A stretch of 64,000 nt of DNA from Nannocystales bacterium (lineage in GTDB: Bacteria > Myxococcota_A > Polyangia > Nannocystales > Nannocystaceae): NCBI GenBank assembly GCA_050633305.1, contig JBOEGF010000014.1, forward strand, positions 206,879 to 270,878. The letters run 5' to 3'. Positions 1 to 8,982 of the stretch are shown piece by piece; position 1 is the first letter of the stretch, and each line of letters begins with the position of its first letter. The position numbers and the translations under genes are program-made. The notes below the pieces were generated by a model. The model worked only from the letters and a program-made list of their open reading frames with translations, did not search any database and was not told the origin of the DNA.

Positions 1-100
1 GGGTTCCAGCGGGGTCGCAGTTGACCTGTGGCGGTGATGGCACGGCGCCGACCACGACCGCAGCGCCGACCAGAATCGACATCCAGACAAGCTCGGTCAT
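1..100 (-). CDS. Hypothetical secreted/membrane protein, N-terminal part only (runs off the window edge)
   Basis: ATG at 100-98 overlaps the stop of the upstream minus-strand ORF (ATGA). Reads MTELVWMSILVGAAVVVGAVPSPPQVNCDPAGT, with a hydrophobic N-terminus. Confidence 0.5.
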   Translation of the reverse strand, partial: MTELVWMSILVGAAVVVGAVPSPPQVNCDPAGT

Positions 101-417
101 GGCGCCTCCGAGCCGAGTACGCGTAGCGTGGACGGGACTCGCGCGGCGGGTACGTAGCGGAGTTCGTGCTCCAAGCGGAGGTCGGGGTCGTGCAACTCCG
201 TGTGCGCGCGGGCGAGCAATTCCGCGTCTAGCGGTTCCATTCCGATCGGCGTCACAAACGTGAGCGCCCGTCCTCGGCGCAGGTCGTTTTGCAGTGCTCG
301 GTATCGCAGCGTGATCTGGGCCGAGCGCGCTGCTGGCGTCAGTCCCAATACGTAGAACGGGTTTCGCACCGCTCGAGCAAAACTTGACCCGCAGTGCCGC
401 GCTTGCTCGCCTCGCAT
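97..417 (-). CDS. Small J-domain-like hypothetical protein
   Basis: NPFYVLGL...ITLRYRAL resembles DnaJ helices I/II, but there is no canonical HPD motif. Start chosen at ATG 417 rather than the ORF-track start at 597. Confidence 0.5.
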   Translation of the reverse strand: MRGEQARHCGSSFARAVRNPFYVLGLTPAARSAQITLRYRALQNDLRRGRALTFVTPIGMEPLDAELLARAHTELHDPDLRLEHELRYVPAARVPSTLRVLGSEAP

Positions 418-506
418 ATAAGTCTTGACGCGGTCTGCGAAGAGATTGTTCCCAAACCTCTTTTCAAACCCCGAAATTCCGTTGGGCTGTGCAACCCCCC
501 GCGCAC

Positions 507-535
507 TTGACCCGACTCCGACGCCGCGGTAACAG
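507..535 (+). promoter_or_regulatory. Putative sigma70 promoter for fabH
   Basis: TTGACC (507-512), 17 bp spacer, TAACAG (530-535). A 10-bp inverted repeat, GTTGGGCTGT (481-490) / ACAGCCCAAC (532-541), brackets it. Confidence 0.4.
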
Positions 536-583
536 CCCAACTTCAGGGAGCATTCGGCCGATCCAAGCCGTTGAACCGCACAG

Positions 584-1564
584 GTGAAGAGCATCAAGAT
601 TGTCGCGACCGGCAGCTACTTGCCGAAGAAGGTGCTGAGCAACGATGACCTCTCGAAGATGGTCGATACCTCGAATGAGTGGATCGTCGAGCGGACGGGC
701 ATCAAGGAGCGCCGGATTGCAGCGGAAGGGGAGTCCACCTCCGACCTCTGCGCGAACGCAATCAAAGATGCCTGCGCAAACGCAGGCATCAACCCGGACA
801 CGCTCGATGGTGTCATTGTCGGAACGTCGACCACCGACACGCTCTTCCCATCGACCGCTTGTTGGACCCAGAAGAAGCTGGGTATCAAAGGCATGGCGGC
901 CTTCGATGTCAGTGCCGGCTGCACCGGCTTCCTCTACGGGCTCGAGCTCGCCACGAGCCTGATCGTCAGCGGCACCAGCAAGCGCATCGCTGTGGTGGGT
1001 GGCGAGGTCATGAGCCGCGTCATCAACTGGAAGGACCGCCGCACATGTGTCCTGTTCGGTGACGGCGCAGGCGCTGCGATCGTCACGGCTGGGGAGGGTA
1101 ACTCGGGGGTGCTCGCGTCCAACTGGGGTGCCGACGGCAACCTCGCGCCGATCCTCTACCAGCCCGCAGGTGGCTCTCAGATGCCAGCCAGCCACGAGAC
1201 CGTCGACGACATGGGGCACACCGTGCACATGGAGGGCAACACGGTTTTCAAGCACGCCGTCGTGGCGATGAGCGGAGCCGTCTCCGACGCGTTGAAGTCC
1301 GCCGAACTCTCGGGCGATGACATCGACCTCTTCATCCCGCACCAGGCCAACATGCGCATCATGGAGGCTGCCCGTCAGCGCGCTGGCGTTGCGCCGGAGA
1401 AGATGGTCAACGTCCTGCCCAAGTACGGCAACATGTCGGCGGCGACCATTCCGGTCGCGCTGCATGAGTCCAACGTCGCCGGTCGCCTCAACGAAGGCGA
1501 CATCTTGGCGATGACGGCGTTTGGCACCGGGTTCACCTGGGGCGCCAGCGTCGTTCGCTGGTAG
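584..1564 (+). CDS. fabH: 3-oxoacyl-ACP synthase III
   Basis: DTSNEWIVERTGIKERR, catalytic Cys in DVSAGCTGF, LFGDGAGA, FIPHQANMRI, YGNMSAA, FGTGFTWG. Confidence 0.95.
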   Translation: MKSIKIVATGSYLPKKVLSNDDLSKMVDTSNEWIVERTGIKERRIAAEGESTSDLCANAIKDACANAGINPDTLDGVIVGTSTTDTLFPSTACWTQKKLGIKGMAAFDVSAGCTGFLYGLELATSLIVSGTSKRIAVVGGEVMSRVINWKDRRTCVLFGDGAGAAIVTAGEGNSGVLASNWGADGNLAPILYQPAGGSQMPASHETVDDMGHTVHMEGNTVFKHAVVAMSGAVSDALKSAELSGDDIDLFIPHQANMRIMEAARQRAGVAPEKMVNVLPKYGNMSAATIPVALHESNVAGRLNEGDILAMTAFGTGFTWGASVVRW

Positions 1565-1570
1565 CGGCCG

Positions 1571-3034
1571 TCAGGGGCCTGAGTCCGCCTGTTCTGGGCG
1601 ATCCGCCCGGTCACCCAGGCTTACCAGCTCCCAGTAGGCCGGAAGTCGCCCGCGCTCACGCTCGAAGGCCTCGACCTCGGCCTCCAGCTTGGCCTTGCGC
1701 GCTGCGTGCTCTTCGGCCAACCAGGTCGCTCGCAACGCCACGACGGGACTCATGCCCTCGGGGACCGGGCCCACCTTGCCCATGGCGTTCAGCACGACGC
1801 TGTACGCCTTGGCCAGCCTCGCGAGGGGAAGCTTGGCGTAGCTGTAGTCCAGCGGCGCGCCGTCCTGGGCCTCTTCGAGCATCTGATCGATGACCGCGTT
1901 GTCGATGTGGTCGTCGAGGAGTGTGTCGTGACTGTGCCACTCGGCCACGACGGCAAGCGCAGGGTCGTACTCGAGGTCAGAGGGGCTGTGGGTCTCGAAG
2001 TGGGTGACCCCGAACGCAGCCATCCAGCTTGCGAGACCCTTGGATGAGAAGGAGGACAGTGTCTTCCACAGCGTGACGCCCAACTCGGCGTAGTGGGTGG
2101 AGGCGACCTCCGAGCAGAACTGCTCTTTCGGGTCGGCAAAGTCCATCTGGAAGTCGTACGGAACGTGGCGGGCGCGGGCGTCCGCCAGCGCAGCCTGGGC
2201 TGCCCGGTGCGGCATCATCGGGTCGGCGAGTAGGACGGGGTGGTCCGGTCGCATACGAAGTACGAGGACACGCAGCTTCTTGTCCTTGAAGTACGCCTCG
2301 GGCGTGGCGATGGCGATGCCCTTCTCGATGTGGGCTTCGATCAGCTTCGCCTCCCCAGACTCGTCCACGTGAACGACGGCAACGTGACTGAAGTTCCCGG
2401 GATAGTCGTTGCCGCGGGCGATGAAAGCTGAGGTCGGTGCGCCGCCCCGGGAGACGAGTAGATCGCCGCTGTGAATGCGGACGCCCTCGAACTCGAGCGA
2501 GGGCGTCTGGGAGGGAATGGCGTCTACACGGTTGAGCGTGGGGGCTTCAGCGGGGGGGAGTTGCAGCAGAAGGGTTTCGGCGGCGGCACGGGACCCGTAC
2601 AGGACTCGGTACAGCGTCTGACGACCGGCGTCGTCGACCGGCCAAGAGACCGACGCCGTCTTCGCGTTCCTCCACAGCGCGTTGCGGACCTTGAGGAACC
2701 TGGGACCGGCGTCCGTGCAGCGCCCCATGTCGGCGGTGAGCTCGAAGAGTCCCTGCAGCAGGGCGTCCCATCGGGGATCGGTCGGCGGTGCGGCGGTGCG
2801 ACCGAGTGTTGCGGCTTTGGCCTCGAGCTTCGTGGAGCGCGTTTGCACGTCGGGTGGGCATGCTTCATTCGCGTCGAAGCGCGCGGCGAGTCGCTCGAAC
2901 TGCGGGTTCGCGTTCCAGGCGAAGCTCTCGTCCGTCCGGACCGGGGGCTCCGCGTGAGGGCAGGGGGGGAGCCACAGCAGCGCCACCACCGACAGCACCC
3001 CGAGCCCAGCGCGCTGCAGTGTCCGACGCTTCAC
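1571..3034 (-). CDS. Secreted permuted papain-like (YiiX/YebB, NlpC/P60-type) cysteine hydrolase
   Basis: Signal peptide. GDLLVSRG...FSHVAVV (His) comes before YDFQMD...FCSEVA (Cys), the permuted order. Confidence 0.8.
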   Translation of the reverse strand: MKRRTLQRAGLGVLSVVALLWLPPCPHAEPPVRTDESFAWNANPQFERLAARFDANEACPPDVQTRSTKLEAKAATLGRTAAPPTDPRWDALLQGLFELTADMGRCTDAGPRFLKVRNALWRNAKTASVSWPVDDAGRQTLYRVLYGSRAAAETLLLQLPPAEAPTLNRVDAIPSQTPSLEFEGVRIHSGDLLVSRGGAPTSAFIARGNDYPGNFSHVAVVHVDESGEAKLIEAHIEKGIAIATPEAYFKDKKLRVLVLRMRPDHPVLLADPMMPHRAAQAALADARARHVPYDFQMDFADPKEQFCSEVASTHYAELGVTLWKTLSSFSSKGLASWMAAFGVTHFETHSPSDLEYDPALAVVAEWHSHDTLLDDHIDNAVIDQMLEEAQDGAPLDYSYAKLPLARLAKAYSVVLNAMGKVGPVPEGMSPVVALRATWLAEEHAARKAKLEAEVEAFERERGRLPAYWELVSLGDRADRPEQADSGP

Positions 3035-3164
3035 CGCGCCAGCCTACCAACCGGACTACGTAGGGCTACGTATCGCGAAGCCTCGGGCGCTCGATCGGCC
3101 GCGAAAAATACCGAATTGCGGCAATTGTCGCGGTTCCTGGACGCCCGCATCTTGAATACAAGCG

Positions 3165-4937
3165 ATGAAGCGCACGACTTGGATGACTTGGGTGGCCGTG
3201 CTGGCCTTGGCGGGGTGTTCGGACGGCCCCGCCGGAGGCGACGGAAGTGGAGCGAGCGATACCGATCCGGGAGCCGACTCCACCGGCACCTCATCGGACG
3301 AGACCGACGCGGACGAGACCGGCGCGGACGACACCACGGAAGGAAGCACGGGGGAGACGGAGCCTGAAGTCGAGTATCTCGCGCCGGACGAGCACCTCGT
3401 TCGGATCTCGATGGCGCTCCGAGGGACTCGCCCGAGCGTCGCGGACCTCGATGCGGTGCGGCAAGACCCCGGGCTCATTCCGGACTTCGTCGACGAGTAC
3501 ATGCAGGGGGCAGGATTTCGCGAGACCGTCCGAGACCTGCACAACGACGCGTTGCTCACAAACGTGGCTGGGCAGCTCCCCGCGCTTGCACCCCTCGAGG
3601 GCATCCAGCCTTTCGCCATCTCGGATTCCGTCATGGGCACGGCGTTGCGACTGATCGAGCGCATCGTCGTCGAGGACCGTCCGTACTCGGAGATCGTCAC
3701 CGCGGACACCTGGGTGGTCGATGACATCGCCGCAGGGGTGTATGGCATTGAAGACGACGGAAGCGGTTGGCGCGAGGTCCCGATCCCTGGCGACCGACCC
3801 GCGGCTGGCATCCTCAGCGACAACGCCTTCTTCCTCAGGCACGAGTCGGCCAACTCCAACTTTCATCGTGGTCGAGCCAACGCGGTCAGCACCGCGCTGC
3901 TGTGCTTGGACTACGAGGACAACAACATCGAGTTGGATGAGGGCATCGACCTGACCGATGTCGATGCGGTCGCGACCGCGCTGACGACCAACCCCGCGTG
4001 TCTGGCTTGCCACGACACCCTCGACCCGCTGGCGAGTCACTTCTTCGCAATCGTCGGCAATCCGATGAACAACCAGATCATCGAGTATCCGTTGCCCGAC
4101 CTGTATGTCTCCGAACGAGAAGACGACTGGATGGGGTCCACCGGGCAAGCTCCGGGGTTCTATGGCGAGACGTCCTCGGACATCGGGTCGCTGGGCGCGT
4201 TGATCTCCACAGACCCACGCTTCACCGCCTGTACCGCCCGGCGCTTCTACGCGTACTTCCTGCGTACAGACTTGGCGGAGGTTCCGGCCGACACCGTGGA
4301 CACCCTCGATGCGGTCTTCTTGGAGAGCGACCTACAGGCCAAGGCATTGATCCGGGCGATCATGCTCTCGGATGACTTCCGGGTCGCAGCTGCAAGCTCC
4401 AAGGAGTCGGCGGATCAGGTCCAGGGATACCTACGCGCGCGTCCGTTCCAACTCGCCCGAACGGTCGAGGACTTGACCGGATTTCGGTGGGAGCTCGATG
4501 TGCAGTTGCTCCAGCCGGGGACAAGTGCCGGGGTTTTGGATCTCGTTCGCTCGTCGAGCATCGGGTTTCAGGTGTTGGGCGGGAGCGGGGACTCCTTCAC
4601 CGTGCTGGGCTCGATCGACACGACGAACGCAACGACTTCGCTGTTTCAACGCCAGCTCGCAGCGGAGGCATCCAGCTTCGTCGTGGAACAAGACGCGGTT
4701 GCAGCCCAGCCCCGGTTGTTGTCGGCAGGACTGGTCACCGACGAGCAAGCCGTACGTGCGCAGTTGGTCGCCTTGTTCAACCGAATCCATGGGGAGGCGG
4801 CCGAGGAGGACTCCGAAGACGTCGACGACGCGTGGGCCCTGTTCGACGCCGCGATGGCTGCGTCCGGCGACCCGGCCCGTGCCTGGAAAACAACCCTCAC
4901 CGCGATGTTTCGCGACCTCGGCATCCTTTTCTACTGA
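3165..4937 (+). CDS. Lipoprotein, DUF1588/DUF1585-like, with one CxxCH
   Basis: Lipobox LAGC, acidic Thr/Asp stalk, ACLACHDTLDPLASHF, DPRFTACTARRFY. Immediately upstream of a DUF1501 gene, a common pairing. Confidence 0.7.
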   Translation: MKRTTWMTWVAVLALAGCSDGPAGGDGSGASDTDPGADSTGTSSDETDADETGADDTTEGSTGETEPEVEYLAPDEHLVRISMALRGTRPSVADLDAVRQDPGLIPDFVDEYMQGAGFRETVRDLHNDALLTNVAGQLPALAPLEGIQPFAISDSVMGTALRLIERIVVEDRPYSEIVTADTWVVDDIAAGVYGIEDDGSGWREVPIPGDRPAAGILSDNAFFLRHESANSNFHRGRANAVSTALLCLDYEDNNIELDEGIDLTDVDAVATALTTNPACLACHDTLDPLASHFFAIVGNPMNNQIIEYPLPDLYVSEREDDWMGSTGQAPGFYGETSSDIGSLGALISTDPRFTACTARRFYAYFLRTDLAEVPADTVDTLDAVFLESDLQAKALIRAIMLSDDFRVAAASSKESADQVQGYLRARPFQLARTVEDLTGFRWELDVQLLQPGTSAGVLDLVRSSSIGFQVLGGSGDSFTVLGSIDTTNATTSLFQRQLAAEASSFVVEQDAVAAQPRLLSAGLVTDEQAVRAQLVALFNRIHGEAAEEDSEDVDDAWALFDAAMAASGDPARAWKTTLTAMFRDLGILFY

Positions 4938-4948
4938 TCGGAGCGGAC

Positions 4949-6199
4949 ATGATCTCTCGACGACAATTCATCGGCTCGAGTGCGGCCCTCGCCGCAGCAA
5001 CCCTTGGCAGCGTGGGGACGACCCGCGCCAACGTGGCCGACAAGCCGCGTAAGCTCATCACGGTCTTCGTCGACGGAGGCTGGGACATCGCCCACTCCAT
5101 CGACCCCAAGCCCAACCTCGTCGCAACCCCCGACTACGACGAGGTCACCATGTTCGAGGACATCCCGGTCCTCACCCACAGTTCGCGACCGAGCATCACC
5201 GGGTTCTTCGAGCAGTACGCACCGATCAGCGCGGTTGCGCATGGCATCAACGTGCGCTCGATCTCCCACAAGGTCTGCGAACGCAAGATGTTCACTGGGC
5301 TGCCTTCGGGAGCAGGTCCCGACGCAGGGGCGATCGTTGCCAATGAGCACGCGCGGGACTACCCGATGCCCTACTTCGTCGTGGGCGCGACGGCATATTC
5401 GGGCCCGCTCAGCGTCATCTCGGGTCGTGTCGGACGGCAAGGACAGATCAACGCGTTGCTCGATCCCGACGACGCGTTCCCGCGGTTCGAGCAGTCCCCA
5501 TACTTCCATGAGGGCTACGAGGCGGATGCGGACGAAGAGGCCGCCATTGAGGCGTTTCTCGACGCCCGGTTGGCGCGGGAGCGAGCAGTGCGGGGGCAAT
5601 GGGGGTCGAACCGCAGCCGGATCGATGACTTCATCGAATCGATGGAGAAAGGGAAGGTGCTTCGGGACAACGCGCAGTACTTTGGTGAGACGGGCGCTCA
5701 GCTTGATCTGTCGGACCAAGTGGAGCTGGCGTTGACCGCTCTCGAGCGGGACCTCGCGTGGTCGGTGGGGGTCACCGCCAGCCTTGGGTTCGACACCCAC
5801 GAAGGCAACGCGCAGCAAGGGCAGCTCCAAGACGCCCTGTTCGGCGGGCTGTCCAATCTGGCGCAGGCCCTGATCGATCGTGACCTGCTCGACGAAACCG
5901 TCGTCGTCGTGTTCTCGGAGATGTCCCGTACTCCGGCGCTGAACGGCAACGCGGGAAAGGACCACCACCCGGTGACCAGCGCGCTAGCGTTTGGCGGCGG
6001 TGTGGCCGGCGGCGCGGCGTATGGGGGAAATGGGGACAACGTTGAGGCGCTGCCTGTCGACCTGGAGACGGGGTCGACCGACTTGGGGGACTTGAAGTCG
6101 TTGGACTCCGCGTCCTGGGTGGCAGGCGTCGCGGCGCTCGCAGGCGCGGATGCTTCGCCCTATCTCGGAGCCGACCCGTTTACGGCGTTCATCGGCTGA
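4949..6199 (+). CDS. Tat-exported DUF1501-family protein
   Basis: MISRRQFIG twin-arginine signal, GGWD...IDPKP, GFDTH, VVVFSEMSRTP...GKDHH. GGAG lies upstream of ATG 4949. Confidence 0.85.
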   Translation: MISRRQFIGSSAALAAATLGSVGTTRANVADKPRKLITVFVDGGWDIAHSIDPKPNLVATPDYDEVTMFEDIPVLTHSSRPSITGFFEQYAPISAVAHGINVRSISHKVCERKMFTGLPSGAGPDAGAIVANEHARDYPMPYFVVGATAYSGPLSVISGRVGRQGQINALLDPDDAFPRFEQSPYFHEGYEADADEEAAIEAFLDARLARERAVRGQWGSNRSRIDDFIESMEKGKVLRDNAQYFGETGAQLDLSDQVELALTALERDLAWSVGVTASLGFDTHEGNAQQGQLQDALFGGLSNLAQALIDRDLLDETVVVVFSEMSRTPALNGNAGKDHHPVTSALAFGGGVAGGAAYGGNGDNVEALPVDLETGSTDLGDLKSLDSASWVAGVAALAGADASPYLGADPFTAFIG

Positions 6200-6222
6200 A
6201 CCGCGACTGCTACCCTCTCTGG

Positions 6223-7641
6223 GTGAGGCTCACGCTTCTGCTCGCCTTGGGCGTGCTCCATGGGTGTATCGACGTGGGCGGATTTGCCTGCGAGCCTGGC
6301 TCGTGCGACTTGGATGCTCGCGAGGGGGTCTGCGAACCCGAGGGCTGGTGCAGCTACCCCGACGACGAATGCGACTCACGTCGTCGATTCGAGTCCCGTG
6401 CTCCCGGTTCACTGGGCGGCGCTTGTGTGGAGCCCTCGGGCACGAGTCGCGCAGGCACGACCGGCCTTTTGACCTCGTCCGGCGAGGCGACCGAGCCACC
6501 AAGCACCACCGACTCAGCGACCACGGCGGGAAGCACCGAGGGGGCCACGACGGGGCCGCCCGCATGCGATGGCCATGGCTGCGGTTGGACGCGCGTGGAG
6601 TCGGGTGCGCTTCACACTTGCGCGGTCGATGGCAATGGGGCCGTGTGGTGTTGGGGTCTGGGTCCCAACGGCGAACTCGGGACCGGCGACAATCCCGAGT
6701 TTCGCAACTGTCCGCAGGCGCCCGCAGGCGCGCTCGCCGAGCAGGAGATGCTCGCGGTTGGCGGGCACACGTGTGCGGCAACGCCTGATGCTCTGCACTG
6801 CTGGGGTCCCAACGGCATGCGACAGGTGGACTGGTCACAGTCCCAGCCGCGGTTTCTCGAGCCGCATCTTGTCCCGCTGGAATCCCGCGAGCCCATCCGG
6901 GCGGTCGGGACTGGCGACGACCTGACCTGCGTAGGGATGTCGGATCGCGTGGTGTGTTGGGGACAGGGAGCCGCCACACCCGACGTGACGGTGACCCCAG
7001 CGGTGGTCAATGTGGTCGGTGTCGGGGACGAGCATATGTGCGGGATGCTCGATGACGACTCGCTGTGGTGTCTGGGGTCGGACGCGCGAGGGCAGCTCGG
7101 CGGTGGTCCCGGCGACCAGTCTTCCATGCCGATCCAGCCGGATCTGGCCGGCGATGCCGCGATGCAGCTCTCGGTGGGAGCCCAGCATTCTTGCGCGATC
7201 ACCGAGGGCGATGGGCCCGACGCGCGCAAGGTGAAGTGTTGGGGCGACAATCGCTCCAACCAGGCGGGTGGAATCGACAACGAAGTCGAACTTCCTCGCG
7301 ATGTCTCCGGCGACCTCGTCCCAGGCGAGTGGGTCGATGTGGCCGCCGGGGTACTGCACAGCTGCGCGATCAATGCCGACGGCGAGGTCTGGTGCTGGGG
7401 CGGCAATGCGTACGGCCAGGTTGATCCGCACGCCGATGACCTCAGCTTGTTGCGGACGGCCTCGAGGATCGAGCTCGACCCGGTCGTGGATGCCGTCGAT
7501 ATCGCGGTGGCGACCACGATCACATGCGCGCTCGACCGAGACGCGTTGTGGTGGTGTTGGGGCTGCTTGGAGCCCGGTCAACTCGTCAGTAGTGGAACCT
7601 GCACCGTCTCGCCGCCGACACTCTTCGAGCCGTGTGGGTAG
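6223..7641 (+). CDS. RCC1/BLIP-II beta-propeller repeat lipoprotein
   Basis: Lipobox LHGC, Cys-rich N-domain, repeated HTCA...VWCWG.N..GQLG units. Confidence 0.85.
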   Translation: MRLTLLLALGVLHGCIDVGGFACEPGSCDLDAREGVCEPEGWCSYPDDECDSRRRFESRAPGSLGGACVEPSGTSRAGTTGLLTSSGEATEPPSTTDSATTAGSTEGATTGPPACDGHGCGWTRVESGALHTCAVDGNGAVWCWGLGPNGELGTGDNPEFRNCPQAPAGALAEQEMLAVGGHTCAATPDALHCWGPNGMRQVDWSQSQPRFLEPHLVPLESREPIRAVGTGDDLTCVGMSDRVVCWGQGAATPDVTVTPAVVNVVGVGDEHMCGMLDDDSLWCLGSDARGQLGGGPGDQSSMPIQPDLAGDAAMQLSVGAQHSCAITEGDGPDARKVKCWGDNRSNQAGGIDNEVELPRDVSGDLVPGEWVDVAAGVLHSCAINADGEVWCWGGNAYGQVDPHADDLSLLRTASRIELDPVVDAVDIAVATTITCALDRDALWWCWGCLEPGQLVSSGTCTVSPPTLFEPCG

Positions 7642-7656
7642 CGTCGTGGTCGCTTG

Positions 7657-8244
7657 TTACGCAAGCCCACGCTGGACGACATAGCGAGCGAGTGCGGCGC
7701 GTCCGGGGAGTCCGAGTCGCTCGTAGATGTTCGACAGGTGCGTTGTCACGGTCCTGGGGCTGATGCCAAGTTCGGTGGCGACCTCTTGGCTTGTCAGTCC
7801 GAGCGCCACATGGCGGGCGACCTCGATCTCGCGCTTGCTCAGCGGGACTTCGTCCCGGTTCGGTTTGAGGTCGTCTCGCGTTTGGTAGACGAATCGCAGC
7901 GTGGCATCCGGGCCGACCTGCACGCGGTCTCCCTCTCGAAGGATCACCATGTCGACCCGGGTTCCGTTGACGAACGTTCCGTTGGTCGAGTCCAGGTCGA
8001 TCAGGTTGGCGATGTCGTCTTCGGAGATGGCGATCTTTGCGTGCCGCCGCGAGATCCCATCGTCCGTGAGGGTGAGGTCGGCCGACTCACTGCGTCCGAT
8101 CGTGGTGCTTCCGGTCGTGAGTGGGAGCAAGGTTCCTGCGCTCCCCCCTGCGAGAACCTCGAGGCATGCGATCTCGCCAGGCGCACGGCCGCGGGCAACC
8201 CGGACCGGTCGGACCTCAGTGGGCTTGTCATCTTCGGAAGCCAT
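7657..8244 (-). CDS. FHA domain plus LuxR-type HTH transcriptional regulator
   Basis: FHA motifs IGRS, ISRRHA and DLDSTNGTFVNG. C-terminal LSKREIEV...GLTSQEVATELGISPRTVTTHLSNIYERLG. Confidence 0.9.
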   Translation of the reverse strand: MASEDDKPTEVRPVRVARGRAPGEIACLEVLAGGSAGTLLPLTTGSTTIGRSESADLTLTDDGISRRHAKIAISEDDIANLIDLDSTNGTFVNGTRVDMVILREGDRVQVGPDATLRFVYQTRDDLKPNRDEVPLSKREIEVARHVALGLTSQEVATELGISPRTVTTHLSNIYERLGLPGRAALARYVVQRGLA

Positions 8245-8262
8245 GGGCGGCGGGTACGGAGA

Positions 8263-8982
8263 TCATAGCCCGGCGCGAAGCCGGTCGGGCTGAGAGCGCC
8301 GACGCTGGACCAGAACCGTTCGAATGATCGCGCCTGTGAGGAGGGCACCGCTCACGCCCAGCACGGCGAATCCCACCTTCTGCTGTGTGCCGGCCGCGGA
8401 GCGCTCCTCCACCCATTGTTCGTGGGAGTTTGTGGGGGCCCCTGTGGCCCGGGCGGACGCTGTCCCGAGGAGGACGGCGCTCGCGATGAGTGCCGCACCG
8501 CCCGATGTCCACAGAGCCACCGTCGCACCATCGACGCGCCGCTGGGGTGCCGGGGTCTCAGTGGGCGTCACCGGGCGCGTGAGCAGAGGTGGAGGCGGTG
8601 TCGGCTGGGGTTCGGGCTGCGGCTGGGGTTCAGGCTCGGGGGGCGGCGCTGCACGTTCGCGACAGCCCCGCGCTTGGACCTCAGCGTTGCCGATCATCAG
8701 GGTGACGGTGGCCTGGGTCTCCTCGTCCAGACTCGGGAGCAGGGTGTCGGCCTCGGTGATGAACTCCTCGTATGCGTCCGCAGCTTCGCGGTCTCGACCG
8801 GCGAGGCGCAGGGCTTGGGCTTGCCCGTACTTGTGCGCCGGATCCCGAGTCTGCTCATAGAGCGCACCGAAGCCGTCTGCAGCCTCCTCGTAGTCACCCC
8901 TGGCGTATGCGGATTCAGCCGCCGCCGCAGGGTCTGGTGCGGGCGCAACGGCGAGCAGGAGCGTCAGGAGAAGGCCGCTCAC
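8263..8982 (-). CDS. Secreted TPR-like protein with C-terminal hydrophobic segments
   Basis: Signal peptide, TPR-like helices (AESAYARGDYEEAA...YGQAQALRLAG), Pro-rich linker, two C-terminal hydrophobic helices. Overlaps the kinase stop. Confidence 0.7.
   Translation of the reverse strand: MSGLLLTLLLAVAPAPDPAAAAESAYARGDYEEAADGFGALYEQTRDPAHKYGQAQALRLAGRDREAADAYEEFITEADTLLPSLDEETQATVTLMIGNAEVQARGCRERAAPPPEPEPQPQPEPQPTPPPPLLTRPVTPTETPAPQRRVDGATVALWTSGGAALIASAVLLGTASARATGAPTNSHEQWVEERSAAGTQQKVGFAVLGVSGALLTGAIIRTVLVQRRRSQPDRLRAGL

Noticed and set aside
584..1564. fabH as part of a secondary-metabolite cluster
   Set aside because: No ACP, PKS or tailoring genes are adjacent, and the KS/CLF-like pair is more than 60 kb away.
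4487..4948. N-terminal extension of the 570-aa ORF
   Set aside because: Overlaps the upstream lipoprotein gene. The Tat signal and SD place the start at 4949.
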